A stretch of DNA of 64,000 nucleotides from NCBI GenBank assembly GCA_964016885.1, contig OZ024741.1, forward strand, positions 85,436,001-85,500,000, in the 5' to 3' direction. This document shows positions 13,588-26,898 of the stretch, piece by piece. Source of the DNA: Eledone cirrhosa (Eukaryota). Below the pieces are notes generated by a model. The model worked only from the letters and a program-made list of their open reading frames with translations, was not told where the DNA came from and ran no database searches. Made by a program: the position numbers and the translations under genes. How positions within the stretch are numbered: position 1 is the stretch's first letter; every line of letters starts with the position of its first letter.

Positions 13588-14121
13588 CATTACTTTGAAT
13601 AAATAATGAATGAATATTATGTAATTTATCTACTAAATTTCGTAGCTCTTCATTAAACATAAATATTCTTATATATAAAGTGTTGCTTATTTTAAGATTC
13701 ACTTCTTTAAAATATTCAAATGTCAATCCTTCCGGTTAGCGCCCGTTATATTATAACACTTATTACATCGCTTATATAAACGTTCATATATTTTCATTGT
13801 TATATTATGTTTATATTTCCGTCGCTAGTTTTCTCCTTTTTCGTTTTCATAACATTTTAGTTTATTATATATGCAGTTTATATATAATATCGTCTTTTTT
13901 TAATGTATCATGGCTTACTTTACTGATTACAGAAGAGAGTGTAACACAGACTTCGTTCAATTTCTGTGCATGTTGTCAATTACGATTTCATTTGACGTAT
14001 CATATCTACATGCATATATATTTGCTTATAATATCAATATACACACTACACATACTAGCAGAAAAACCACCCTTCGGGTGGTTTTTCTGCTAGTATTAAT
14101 AATAATTTTTACAATTTTCTC

Positions 14122-14560
14122 GAGGGTGGTGGAATTGATAGAGCGTCTGAGAAAATGTGTTGCATTTATTCCGGCTCATTTACGTTCCGAATTCAAATCC
14201 CACCGATATCAACTTTGCATTCTATCCTCCATGAGTCGATGAGAAATCGACCATTCAAAAACTGAAGTCGATGTAGCTGATTTTCTCTTTCTCTGCACTT
14301 GCCCCTAAATTAGAAACCATTATTATTATTTTAATATTAATTAGGGCGGTGGATTGGCAGTATCGGCTGAGGGTCGGACGCCATATTTGGCAGCATAGAG
14401 TTACGGCTCTTTATGATTTGAGTTCAAATCCCGCCGAGGTTAACTTTGCCTTTCATCCTTACGGGGGTCGATAAAATAAAGTACCAGTCACGCACTGTAG
14501 TCGATTTAATCGACTTTCCCCTCCTCCAAAATTAACTGGCCTTGTGCCTATATAACTAAC
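14122..14560 (+). mobile_element. Two tandem family 1 SINEs (diverged 14122-14320; young 14344-14560) just upstream of exon C
   Basis: A and B boxes and conserved body. Confidence 0.8.
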
Positions 14561-14606
14561 CATCATTTTAATATTAATGTTGTGATTGTTATTTTTCTCC
14601 GTCTAG

Positions 14607-14724
14607 AATAAAATATCGCGAACATGAATGGTTGAAGAAAATTGATGAATTGCAAGAGAAAAAACTACTAAAAGAGCACGAAGAAACTGAAAGATTTTTA
14701 AGACTGGAAGCTCTGCGAGAAAAA
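14607..14724 (+). CDS. CCDC148: Internal coding exon C (118 nt, phase 2-0): IKYREHEWLKKIDELQEKKLLKEHEETERFLRLEALREK
   Basis: ttttctccgtctAG acceptor, GTaatt donor. RIKYR...RLEALREK matches the recalled CCDC148 motif RVKYR...RLEALRKQ. Confidence 0.8.
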
Positions 14725-15143
14725 GTAATTCTTATCAGTACTTTTCTTTATTTTTCAATAGTTTTGTTTATTGCGTGCTTTTTCTGCACTAGGATCGGCT
14801 GCGAATTGGCAGTCGTTACAGGATTTGCAACCGGTTGACTTAAGGAAGCATTGGGAAAATTTAAAATATTTACACTTGTTTATATTTAAAATCTTCTAGT
14901 TAGTCGTCAACGCCTCTTTAGCATAATGATTACCGCACTCGCTCGACACACAGCAGATGCTGTGTTCGCTTTCTTGGAGACGCCGTTGTCCGTTTTTTCC
15001 GTCTCCAGTGGTACTTAACTTATTTTCTTTATTATGAATAGTGACCAACTATTCTTACAGTCATTTGCTTTGGTACAACTACATTTCAAATATATATATA
15101 CTGACACACATGTGTGTGTACATGCATACATATATGTATATAT

Positions 15144-15181
<38 letters not shown>

Positions 15182-15304
15182 AGAAAGATAAATTAAAATT
15201 TTGCAGACCAACACAATGCGTTATGAAGTTTGTTAAAACTGCCAAGATAACAAAAGAATTTTACCTTAGCAAATTTAACGATCCCAAATATTTTCGGGTT
15301 TAAA

Positions 15305-15545
15305 AACCCATTATCAAGGGATTGACCCTATAAGAGACTTAAAAATCGATCAGCTAGACTTGTTTGTATGGGAGGAACTGGCTGTGGACCGTCAAGGATG
15401 GAGGCCGACTTGCTACAGCCTGCTCGCAGATTTTGAAGCCCGCAGACGAGAACACCATGATTGGTTGCGCACGGAGCTAAAATCGCGTCTCAGTGGGAGT
15501 GATGGGTTTGAGGTTGCCTCATAATGTATAATATTTGCTGGACCT
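15305..15545 (+). mobile_element. RTE-type LINE, extreme 3' remnant
   Basis: Encodes WEELAVDRQGWR, matching the W..A.DR..WR motif in the LINE at 47237-49243. Confidence 0.55.
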
Positions 15546-15929
15546 TCATCTGCCGTCTACGACTAGAGAGTCCATCATATACGTGTATAGATTATGTTTA
15601 TTTGTATGTTTATGATATTGGATAGTCATGTTAGAGGAGGAAATTTAAGACATTTTATTCGTCTTACACGTGTTTCAACAAAACAGGGATGAAGAAAGGA
15701 ATTGGTTGAAAGACTTGCTCAGGCTCCATTATTAATATATAGAAACGTGTCTGTATATTAGAATCTAGGCATTGACTCGAGGAATTCACATTTAACCCTT
15801 AGTTTCACTCAATACTGTATCTTCAAAGATTTCATAGACTTATAGAAAAATGTAAGAACAGACAATTTAAAGGAAAAGTTCAAATATCACGACAATTTCA
15901 TATCTATATATATACATACACACACACAC

Positions 15930-17340
15930 GTGCGCGCCGTTATGGAAAGCATCCAGCAAATAGCTAACTCCATCCACCAGAGTATTAGAGTTACTATAGA
16001 CTACCCAAGCAAACACCCCAACCATCGATTACCTGTACTAGACACAGAGCTCTGGTTAGATACCATTAATAACAAAAAACAAATCCTCCATTCCCTTTAT
16101 GCCGAACCCATGACTTCCAAATATCTGATCCACTGAAACTCAGCTGTTTCGGACCATACCAAAATCAATATACTGATTGCGGATTTGGTACGAGTGACGA
16201 GAAACGTGTCCCGCATGTGCAACCCCAAAGAACTAGAGAGACACATACAACGCTTCATCCACCGTATGCAGTTCTCTGGTTACAATCAGAGAGATAAAAT
16301 CAGAGTGTATAGAGGAACCAGAACCAAATGGGAAAAAATGGTAAATATGGGAACAAAAATGACACAAATGGGACCTGCCCCTTGTATAGGAGCAAATTTT
16401 AGAATAGAATAGAAAGAACTAGGAATAAGGCTAATAGAATAAACTCATGGTATGATAGCAATAAATACCAGAGTGTAATGTTCATCGATACAACCCCTAG
16501 AGGTGAATTAGCTTACAAATTTAGAAGGGCCCTAGATAAACATAAACTCAATATTAAGATAGTAGAAAGACCAGGTACCTCCATAAAAACACTTATTAGC
16601 AATACATACCTTTTTCAAAGACCTCCCTGTATAGATTAGAAATGTATAATCTGTAAATTAAGCCCCCATATTAACTGTAAAACTAGAAATGTAGTATATA
16701 GCATAAGATGTACTGAAGGACAATGTAGAGATAAAAATATAGTGTACATCGGTGAGACAGCTCGTAGTATAGGGGAACGGATAAATGAACAATGGCGAGA
16801 CCTTCAAGATAGTAAAGAATCATCTGTACTCTACCAACATGCTAAAATAGAACATAAGGGTAAACTAGAGAACATAGAAATTAAAATAGATTCTACACAC
16901 AGAAAAGATGCAATGTTTAGACAAATCACAGAGGTAATAAACATAAATGAACTCCAACCAAAATTAAATAGAAAACATGAATGGAACAGCAACATCACAA
17001 CTTACAATTAAGGACAAAATTAAAACACACACGCACATAGAACAAACGACTAACCAGTAACATGCAAATAAACAAATAAATAAACGAATATAAACACACA
17101 CGGACACCCGGATGTAACACATGCGCAAACTAAGCACACAACACATACACAAAAACAAGATGGCGTAGGACAGAACAAAGGAGATGCACAAAAATAAAGA
17201 AAAGAATCCCCAGTCACTCAAGAGGTCACAGAATGTGTGACGAAAGAACTTTGACAATATATAAACAATCTTCTGGTTGTGGAACCAACCAACCAGCCGG
17301 AAATTTATAAATTCCTAAATTTATAAATGTATTATAATAA
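15930..17340 (+). mobile_element. Penelope-like element, 5'-truncated (RT thumb, GIY-YIG and pLTR), with stops and frameshifts
   Basis: LPVLDTELW, RMQFSGY, CKTRNVVYSIRC and YIGETARSIGERINEQ. Hammerhead-like gtca CTCAAGA g gtcaca/tgtgac GAAA gaac tt tgac at 17213-17255. Confidence 0.85.
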
Positions 17341-17463
17341 ATTGAAGTGAAAGCAACTGGTGCGTGTGTTTCTTATTGGCAACATGACCCTCCCAAAGTA
17401 TAACAATATCGGTTTCAACACACGTTTTCAGATAAAGAATCTTGGTAAACAAATGCAGAAACG

Positions 17464-18054
<591 letters not shown>

Positions 18055-18066
18055 TATATATATATG

Positions 18067-18165
<99 letters not shown>

Positions 18166-18239
18166 TTAATTATACTATTTATGGTTATGCAAATACAAAA
18201 ACCTTTTGCAGTTATATATATTTTTATAAACCCTAAATA

Positions 18240-19110
18240 GTGGTAGGCAGTAATATATTACTACCTTATTACCAGTAAGTTAAATAGCTCAATGTAAAAA
18301 CATCAGATGATTTACAGAGCAGGTATATGAATTATAAGAATCAAAGAACTGTTCAAAACATTTTTATGCTTACAACTGTTTCCTCCAAACCGAGGTTTGG
18401 ATCCTTCGGAGCAATTTATTATTGAATGAACACTTATATGACCTCCTTTTCACCCAAGAGTCATACAGATACATATGCAAATATTGTGGGTCAACATTCA
18501 TTATAGCATTCAGAGTGGCAGTACACACTTAGAGATTACATTCATATTAAAAGATACAATCAAAAATACAGGTTAAAATACAGCATGAAATTAAGCGGTT
18601 ATATAGTGCAAAGGTTATATGTGTGGCAAGCACGTGCGTCTTGTTTATATAGTGTGGCAGAGAGTTACGTGTAATAGAAGAACTTAAGCAGGTAATCGAG
18701 AGTGTTAAGGTGGTTGATCTGGTGATGAATTCTTTATATGATTGTTATAGTCTGTGTGTGGAGAAATAATATAAGTATTAAAAATAGTGTAAGTATTAAA
18801 AATATTGGAAATGCGTAGCGAAGCGATGATATGGATTTCATGCACTGCGACATTTTCATAGTCTGGGGAGCGTATTTTTCAGATTATATGCCCCTCACAT
18901 AATCCACGGCTATTCGATATTGGGCGTTTGACAATCCAGTTAGAGAATCGTAGTCTGATGTTCTTTAGCTCAATACAGGAGGATGTTACGTTGCGAGAAT
19001 CGACATCGAAATACTACCCGGAAGTGTGTGTGTGGCTAAGGGGAGTTAATGCATGAGGGGAGGTAACTCAGTGGTTTCTATTACTAACTATTAAATTGTG
19101 TCTCAAAATA
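18240..19110 (-). mobile_element. Probable non-coding Penelope-like 3' remnant
   Basis: Patchy similarity to 10480-10620. Hammerhead-like tgct CCGAAGG a tccaaacc/ggtttgga g GAAA cagttg TA agca at 18367-18413. Confidence 0.45.
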
Positions 19111-19318
19111 TCCCTTTGACAGCTGTGACATATTAAAGGACAATGACCAGAATGTTATAAATACCCGGGGAAGCTTTGTTGCTGGTCGACGTGATTAAAA
19201 AGCGAGGTCAGCATTTTGTGAACTTTATCCAAGATAAAGGAAGCTGCCTAAAATACTTCTCATCTGACGGAACCAAATAATAAAATGGAAGCAGTGAAAG
19301 GTCATTTTTTTAATGGTT

Positions 19319-20081
19319 TTAGAAATTAAAAAGTAAAAAATATATGATCAACACTACTGTGTTTTTTTTTTTGCAAAATGACAATAATTTTTTAGCCAGA
19401 TAGAAATACCTTAATTCAAGTACATATAGTCCGTCTGTATCGATCTAGAGAATTTTAAATATTAAATCTATACTTACAGACGTAAAATGGCAACTGCCTG
19501 GTGCCTAGACAAGTTTAAATTTCAAAATTCAAACCTTTTCAGCAGATCGGGCAGAACTTCAAAACATAAACCTGTTTCACAAGGGATGTTATACTAATGA
19601 AATAATTAATTAATTACGGAACAACTATTTATAAAATAATTATTAGTAGAGTAATCAATTTTCTGTGATCTACGGTAGGCACCCAGAAATTAAAATCACT
19701 TCTCAGTATCTTAAGACTGATCTGTCGCAAGCCTAATACATGTGCTTTTGCACACGACCTTCTCAGCATTCTGGCTCATATCCTTGGCGCTAGAAATAAC
19801 AGCCGTGAATATGTGATTATGAATTCAGCTCGACCGTAGGAGCAGATAATTTCAGTTTAGTAGTCATTTACAAATATTAAGCTCTAAGAAAAATACTTCT
19901 GAGCATTACATTACAATTTAGAAATTAAAAAGTAAAAAATATATGATCAACACTACTGTGTTTTTTTGTTTTTTTTTGCAAAATGACAATAATTTTTTAG
20001 CCAGATAGAAATACCTTAATTCAAGTACATATAGTCCGTCTGTATCGATCTAGAGAATTTTAAATATAAAATCTATACTTA
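19319..20081. repeat. ~160 bp direct duplication (19319-19476 and 19918-20081)
   Basis: Near-identical ttagaaattaaaaagtaaaaaatatatgatcaacac...tctatactta. Confidence 0.8.
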
Positions 20082-20123
20082 TGTATACTTGTAATGTAAT
20101 GCTCAGAAGTATTTTTCTTAGAG

Positions 20124-20223
<100 letters not shown>

Positions 20224-20247
20224 AGATGTACGTACATATATAAATGA

Positions 20248-20278
<31 letters not shown>

Positions 20279-20338
20279 AGTTATTCCGGGTTGAATCGGA
20301 GGTAACCACGGTAAGTAAGGTACTCAATACATAGCAGA

Positions 20339-20403
<65 letters not shown>

Positions 20404-20742
20404 TTTCCTCCCGTTAGACCTGTGCGAAAATCCTTCCTTGCTCACATTTCAACCAGGTTTGGTGGTCTTTATTCTCTCGTTCACGATTTCACCGAATTTA
20501 AATTCATAGAAATCTGGGACTTGTCTCTTTCTTCCTCACTTTCTGTTGCTTCACCATTTTGTTTGTTTACCCTCGCGTCCCCTTTATTTACGTGTCCCAA
20601 CGACTTTTTTTAGCCGTTGCTCGCACCAACCGGAGGTATATGGTCTTTAAAGCGATGAAATGCCTATGATGGTTGGAAGATCACTGATGAAGGACAACTT
20701 TTTTCATATGTAACCCATTTGCAACTCCGCAGCGCTTTTATT

Positions 20743-20826
<84 letters not shown>

Positions 20827-20879
20827 TTTGGAAACCTTGCGCTATTATTTTAAAGTAGTGACTATGTCACTTACTTTTT

Positions 20880-20969
20880 ATTTCAACAAACAAAGGGAGA
20901 TAAGCTGACAGATCTGTTTCATACTGTTGGTAATCATCAGAGCTTAGCACTCGCTTTGTCTGTTGAAAA
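20880..20969 (-). ncRNA. Extended type I hammerhead ribozyme, inverted twin of 21141-21230
   Basis: Reverse complement of the same core at 20901-20946. Confidence 0.75.
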
Positions 20970-21140
20970 TTACAGATGTTGGATTCTTATAGAATTCCTG
21001 TAATAATCAGGAACTGAACGATTGCTGGTCCAGCAAAAATTGAAAATTAGTATTGCTGCTCTGAAATAGCGATGTATACATGAATGTATATATAGTATAT
21101 TTGGCAATATACTGTATGCTTAAGAATCCAACATCTATAA

Positions 21141-21230
21141 TTTTCAATAGACAAAGCGAGTGCTAAGCTCTGATGATTACCAACAGTATGAAACAGATCT
21201 GTCAGCTTATCTCCTTTTGTTTGTTGGAAA
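21141..21230 (+). ncRNA. Extended type I hammerhead ribozyme; predicted cleavage after GUC at 21203
   Basis: taagct CTGATGA ttac caaca gtat GAAA cagatctg TC agctta, with stem I extended by ttttcaatagacaaag/ttttgtttgttggaaa. The first pair of stem II is T-T in this copy. Confidence 0.75.
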
Positions 21231-21928
21231 AAGAAGTGAGTGACATAGTCACTACTTTAAAATAATAGCGCAAGGTCTCAAAAATGTTTTTAATATATAT
21301 ATACATATACTTTGCTATGTATTGAGTACCTTACTTAATGTGGTTACCGCCAGTATTTGACCGTTACTTTATTTTCTTGACCTGGGAAGAGTGAAAATCA
21401 AAGTTGACTTTGAACTCATAACGTACCGAGCCAGAATACATACGGAAGTAGCATTTTATCGGATACCCTATCTGCCAATCATTTACACTTTCTTTTTTCA
21501 CATTTTATTGATGTTTAAAAATATATATTAGATGTAATTTTCCTGTCAAAATCTTTAAAATCATTCCTCTGCTAACACCGGGGCCTGTGATCTCTTTTAT
21601 CCATGGGAAATACTTGGCCTAAAATCTGACTTTGGTGCTGCCAATCCACACACGTACACACACTCAAGCAAGCTCACACATTTATACACTCACACGCAAA
21701 TAAACTCATACAGTCACACACATATACACCCACATGCACTCGTACACAGACACACACAAACGTACACATAGACACACACACATACACATATACACACACA
21801 TACACACACATACACACACACATATTTCTCTCCCTGGATCAGCTCCAAAAATAACACTTTCGGGAAATTATTTTGTGTATTCCAATATAACAGCAGTAGT
21901 AGTAGTAGTGGTTGTAAGGTTGCGTCGA

Positions 21929-21994
<66 letters not shown>

Positions 21995-22329
21995 CTGTAG
22001 TGGTGGTGCTTGGGGGGGGGGGTCAACGTTGTTATAGTAGTAGTAGTAGTAGCTTTTGTTTCGTGGTGGTGGTGGTGGTGGTGGTAGTTTCTAATTTAGG
22101 CAGAAGACCAGCAACATGGAGCGAAAGGGGGGGGGGGGTCTCTTACATACTTTATTTTACCCACCCAGGCAAATTTGACCTCGACGGGATTTGAACCCAG
22201 AAACTTAAAAAGGTGGAACAAATACCACGTGGTATGTTGTCCTACGCTCTACCAATTCACCACCGTTTGTGATGACGGTGCTGCTGCTGCTGTTACTTCT
22301 GTTGCTTCTGTTGTTCTGTTTTTCTACTG

Positions 22330-23120
22330 TTGTTGCTCTACTGCTGCTTCTCTGCTGCTCTACAACTGCTCTACTGATGCTATTTCTCTGCTGCTCTACT
22401 GCTTTTGCTTTTCTATTGTTCTACTGCTGCTTCTCTGCTGTTCTACAACTGCTCTACTGATGCTATTTCTCTGCTGCTCTACTGCTGTTGCTTTTCTATT
22501 GTTCTACTGCTGCTTCTCTGCTGTTCTACAACTGCTCTACTGATGCTATTTCTCTGCAGCTCTACTGCTGTTGCTTTTCTATTGTTCTACTGCTGCTTCT
22601 CTGCTGCTCTACAACTGCTCTACTGATGCTATTTCTCTGCTGCTCTACTGCTGTTGCTTTTCTATTGTTCTACTGCTGCTTCTCTGCTGCTCTACAACTG
22701 CTCTACTGATGCTATTTCTCTGCTGCTCTACTGCTGTTGCTTTTCTATTGTTCTACTGCTGCTTCTCTGCTGCTCTACAACTGCTCTACTGATGCTATTT
22801 CTCTGCAGCTCTACTGCTGTTGCTTTTCTATTGCTCTACTGCTGCTTCTCTGCTGCTCTACAACTGCTCTACTGATGCTATTTCTCTGCTGCTCTACTGC
22901 TGTTGCTTTTCTTTTGCTCTACTGCTGCTTCTCTGCTGTTCTACAACTGCTCTACTGATGCTATTTCTCTGCTGCTCTACTGCTGTTGCTTATCTATTGC
23001 TCTTCTGCTGCTTCTCTGCTGTTCTACAACTGCTCTACTGATGCTATTTCTCAGTTGCTCTACTGCTGTTGATTTTCTATTGCTCTACTGCTGCTTCTTT
23101 GCTGTTCTACAACTGCTCTG
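22330..23120. repeat. 83 bp minisatellite, about 9.5 highly similar units, CTG/CTA-rich
   Basis: Unit recurs every 83 nt (ORF-track starts 22405, 22488, 22571, 22654, 22737, 22820, 22903). Confidence 0.9.
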
Positions 23121-23199
23121 CTGCTGTTGGTGCTGCTCTACTGCTGCTGCTCTGTTACTACTGACGGTAATGATGATGATGATGATGATAACTTTGTTA

Positions 23200-23890
23200 G
23201 TCATACGAGCTAAAGGACAAATAAGAAAGGAATTCATATAATGTAAAAAGGAAATAGCTAAAACAAGAAATAACCAAAATACCACAACATAGAAAATTCC
23301 CCAATAGCAAGGGTGAACGGCCACTACCTAGGACCAATCAAGGAACCCCACATAATCCGGCATACATTGGACACCAAAGACATGTGCCCCCTCTCTCTAC
23401 TGTCATTTCCAGTCTACAGACGCATGCTTAAAGTAAGCCTGTTCACTCGGACTATATTCGCCCCTCTCTGCCACCGTTCAGCAAAATATTTGAGGAGCAA
23501 CAATTCTATCTCCCTTCTCACCTTCCTCACCAAGACAAACTTATAAAAGTTGATAAAGCTGCACCCACCAAGCAACTTCTTTTGTCATAGCCACCAGAGG
23601 AAAACTGCTTGCCCTCCCGGCAAGAGAAAAGCGACGGCGTAGTTTTCACAGCTGATAGCCAGATCCCTCTGACAATCGGTAATAAATTTTCGAAAAAAAC
23701 ACTACAAATCATCACTGCTCTAACGCACTTGCGTACAGGCCTGACTGACACCACTCATGTGCCTGTAGAGTTTATTCCGAATTGGCAATATCTGCTGGTA
23801 AAACTGCCAGGCCAGGGATTTGTGGAAAGTCCTCTGGATCAGATCAGCTGATTGATTCTCCTCGACTCCCAGAGTTTCTCCGAGAACGCT
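23200..23890 (-). mobile_element. Older, decayed Tx1/L1-like 3' fragment related to 12045-12800
   Basis: Nucleotide similarity (actgccaggccagggattt, acaggcctgactgacacc) and a broken zf-RVT-like reading. Confidence 0.55.
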
Positions 23891-24591
23891 GTTACACTTT
23901 TATTGTTTTACCAGAGTTTTTCTCAGTTCGTTTGCGAAGTCTAGATAATTTTCATTTTTTTTTTTTTCCATGTTGCACTTTAAAACAAATGTTTCTTTGT
24001 TACAATCATTCGTGCCTCAGTTATATTACATGTGTTTACAAAAAAATAAAGCATTTTTCTAAGTGTAGTGTATTATAAACATTTTGAATCGTGCTAGTCT
24101 ATCTTTTCAGCTGCTTTGAATACCAGAAACTCCATTAACAAATTTGTTTACTACATAATTAGCTGTCATGTTTTCTTTTTATATTCATTTAGCGTCATTT
24201 TGCTACTTTCACATACACATTGATTCATCTACTTTGACAAGTTTTGAACATATGGTAACTTGGTGACATATGTCTGTTTGCTTTACGCCTCTCCTTACCA
24301 TGTTACTCATGAAAGATTCCGCCTCTGATTTTTAAGTAATTTTTTAAATGGTCAAGAATTTTGTGAGATTTAGTAATATAACTACCATAATATATTAAGC
24401 TGGTGTTTGAACCATAACTTAAGATTTCATACATAGAATTATGATGAAAGTTTTTTATACAGGATAACTCTTTCGTAATATTCCTAATGAAAAACACTGC
24501 CTATAATTTTCAAATAACTTTGGAAATAATCAAGAAGTTTTAGAGATAAAATGTTTGGAGTATAACTTAACACGTTCTCACATAGAATTAT

Positions 24592-25013
24592 AATTGTTTC
24601 TACATTTGGCACAAGGCCATCAATTACCCAGTACATTACTGGTACTTTATTTTATCGACCCCGTAAGGATGAAAGGCAAAGTTAACCACGGCGGGGTTTG
24701 AACTCAGACCGCAAAGGGACGTAACTATGCTGGAAAGCATGGCGTCCGACCCTCTACCGATACTGCCAATCCACCGCCCTCTCACATAGAATTTTAATGG
24801 TTTCTCATTTAGACACAAGGCCAACAATTTGGGGGAAGGGGAAAGTCGATTAAATCAACCCCAGTGCGTTACTGGTACTTTATTTTATCGACCCCGTGAG
24901 GATAAAAGGCAAAACTAACCTCGGCGTGATTTGATCTCAGAATGTAAAGAGCCATAACTCTATACTGCAAAGCATGGTGTCTGAAGCTCTACCGATACTG
25001 CCAATGCACCGCC
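24592..25013 (-). mobile_element. Two tandem family 1 SINEs
   Basis: Full heads (gcggtggattggcagtatcggtagag on -) and bodies. Confidence 0.85.
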
Positions 25014-25448
25014 ATCTTACATAGAATTATAATAAAAGACTTTTAGATAGATATAAGCAATTTAAAACAAACAGCTTTGTTTAGAAGAACCAGGATTGGC
25101 TAAAAGCGGTTTTGTATCAAAAGAGTTAACTATTTTTTTCTAGCCTCTTGCTCTTGTATAACAAGCAACGGATTGTCTGATTCTTTCTTCAGAATTTCAT
25201 CTTTCAACCAAGTTTATAATAATTGAGTAGTTTGTCATCAACATCGCCACCATCATCATATCACAGCCGCAACCACACCGCCATCACATCCATCGTCATC
25301 ACTCTCAGCAACATTACCAACACCACCACTATCATCATTCTCATCATCGTAGTCGTCGTTGTCATCATCTTAGTTATCATCAACACCAGTACTGTTCTCA
25401 TCTCCATCACTATTATCGGTATATTTTACACTTCTATCATCCAAACAG

Positions 25449-25499
25449 GTCCAAGTTATTGCTGGGAGAAATCCAATGAGAGTACGGAATGAAACCAAG
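25449..25499 (+). CDS. CCDC148: Short coding exon D (51 nt, phase 0-0): VQVIAGRNPMRVRNETK
   Basis: ccaaacAG acceptor, GTAAGA donor at 25500. Aligns by eye with the recalled CCDC148 segment VAVVAQFDPVRMMSDT. Confidence 0.7.
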
Positions 25500-25621
25500 G
25501 TAAGACAACGTTACTTTCAATTCCAGGCGTTACAATAATTTACTGTTACTAGCGTATGCAAACAAGCATATATGTATCTATCTATGGCATACAAGCACAT
25601 ATGCACACATACACACACATG

Positions 25622-25715
<94 letters not shown>

Positions 25716-25721
25716 GGGGGG

Positions 25722-25759
<38 letters not shown>

Positions 25760-25919
25760 CGAAACATAAGTCAATTGCATGAACTCATAATCCTTTATTT
25801 ACTGCTATATATATTTCGATCATAGCTATTGAATGGCTATGACCTCATCGGGCAGTTAGTCAGTTCTTAGATATGCCAGCTCTGTGTTTATGGTGTTGAT
25901 GGTTTTAGAGCCTTGGGGC

Positions 25920-25960
<41 letters not shown>

Positions 25961-25966
25961 TTATAA

Positions 25967-26155
25967 GGGTGGTGGATTGGCAGTATCGGTAGAGGGTCGG
26001 ACGCCATGTTTTCCAGCATAGTTACGTCCCTTTACGATCTGAGTTCAAATCCCGCCGAGGTTGACTTTGCCTTTCATCCTTACGGGGTCGATAAAATAAA
26101 GTACCAGTAATGCACTGGGTAATTGCTGGCCTTGTGCCAAAAGTAGAAACAATTA
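25967..26155 (+). mobile_element. Family 1 SINE, full length
   Basis: A box, B box, body and tail gctggccttgtgccaaaagtagaaac. Confidence 0.85.
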
Positions 26156-26208
26156 TAAGGGAAAGCACATATATTTCGGCTGGTGGAAATTTGTTTTCTT
26201 ATTACAAA

Positions 26209-26783
26209 CTAGCAGTGGTACCCGGCGTTGCACGGGATAAGGTATTTTGGAACGCGGGCCGCCAACAGACCTCATCGTGGAAAAACTGCATGCCTTGACA
26301 ATATGTAAAGAAAATAAACAGAATACTCTGATGGCTGGATAATCTTTAAGATTTTACTCGATAAAGCAGGAAAAATGCAGGTTTTCACTTAATACCTAGG
26401 AGATCAAGAAAATGAATTTGTTTTATGTGCATTGAAGTTTCGGGAAAATCGGCTAGACGTACCGCCTCAAAAAAGGCCTAAAAAGCTGAAAAAATAAAGT
26501 TTTTCACCTAAGGCCATAAAAAGTTGGATTTTCTTTGCTCACGGTATGAGGAAGAGACTGACTAATATATAGTTACAATTTCAAGGAAATCGGTCTGACG
26601 TAACGCCTCAAAATAAACCTAAAAACCTGAAAAAACGCAGTTATTCACGTAATGCGGGCCCTTGGTGATCAAAACGTTGAATTTTTATGTGCATAACACT
26701 CCCTGAAACATAAGTAATACACATGTAAAGTTTGAAAAAAGTCAGTTGGGTATTTCTCGAGTTTTAGGGATTCAAACTCACAG

Positions 26784-26825
<42 letters not shown>

Positions 26826-26844
26826 ACACACAGACACACACACA

Positions 26845-26898
<54 letters not shown>

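Larger units (their letters stand above)
20817..21295. mobile_element. Retrozyme-like repeat: one ~305 nt monomer plus an inverted ~175 nt partial copy
   Basis: Homologous to 7771-8420 but starting at a different point of the monomer; flanked by (TA)n. Confidence 0.7.

Noticed and set aside
22175-23241. Series of Cys/Leu-rich 73 aa ORFs, and a possible CRISPR-like array
   Set aside because: An 83 bp tandem repeat with no unique spacers; the ORFs are frame rotations of the unit.
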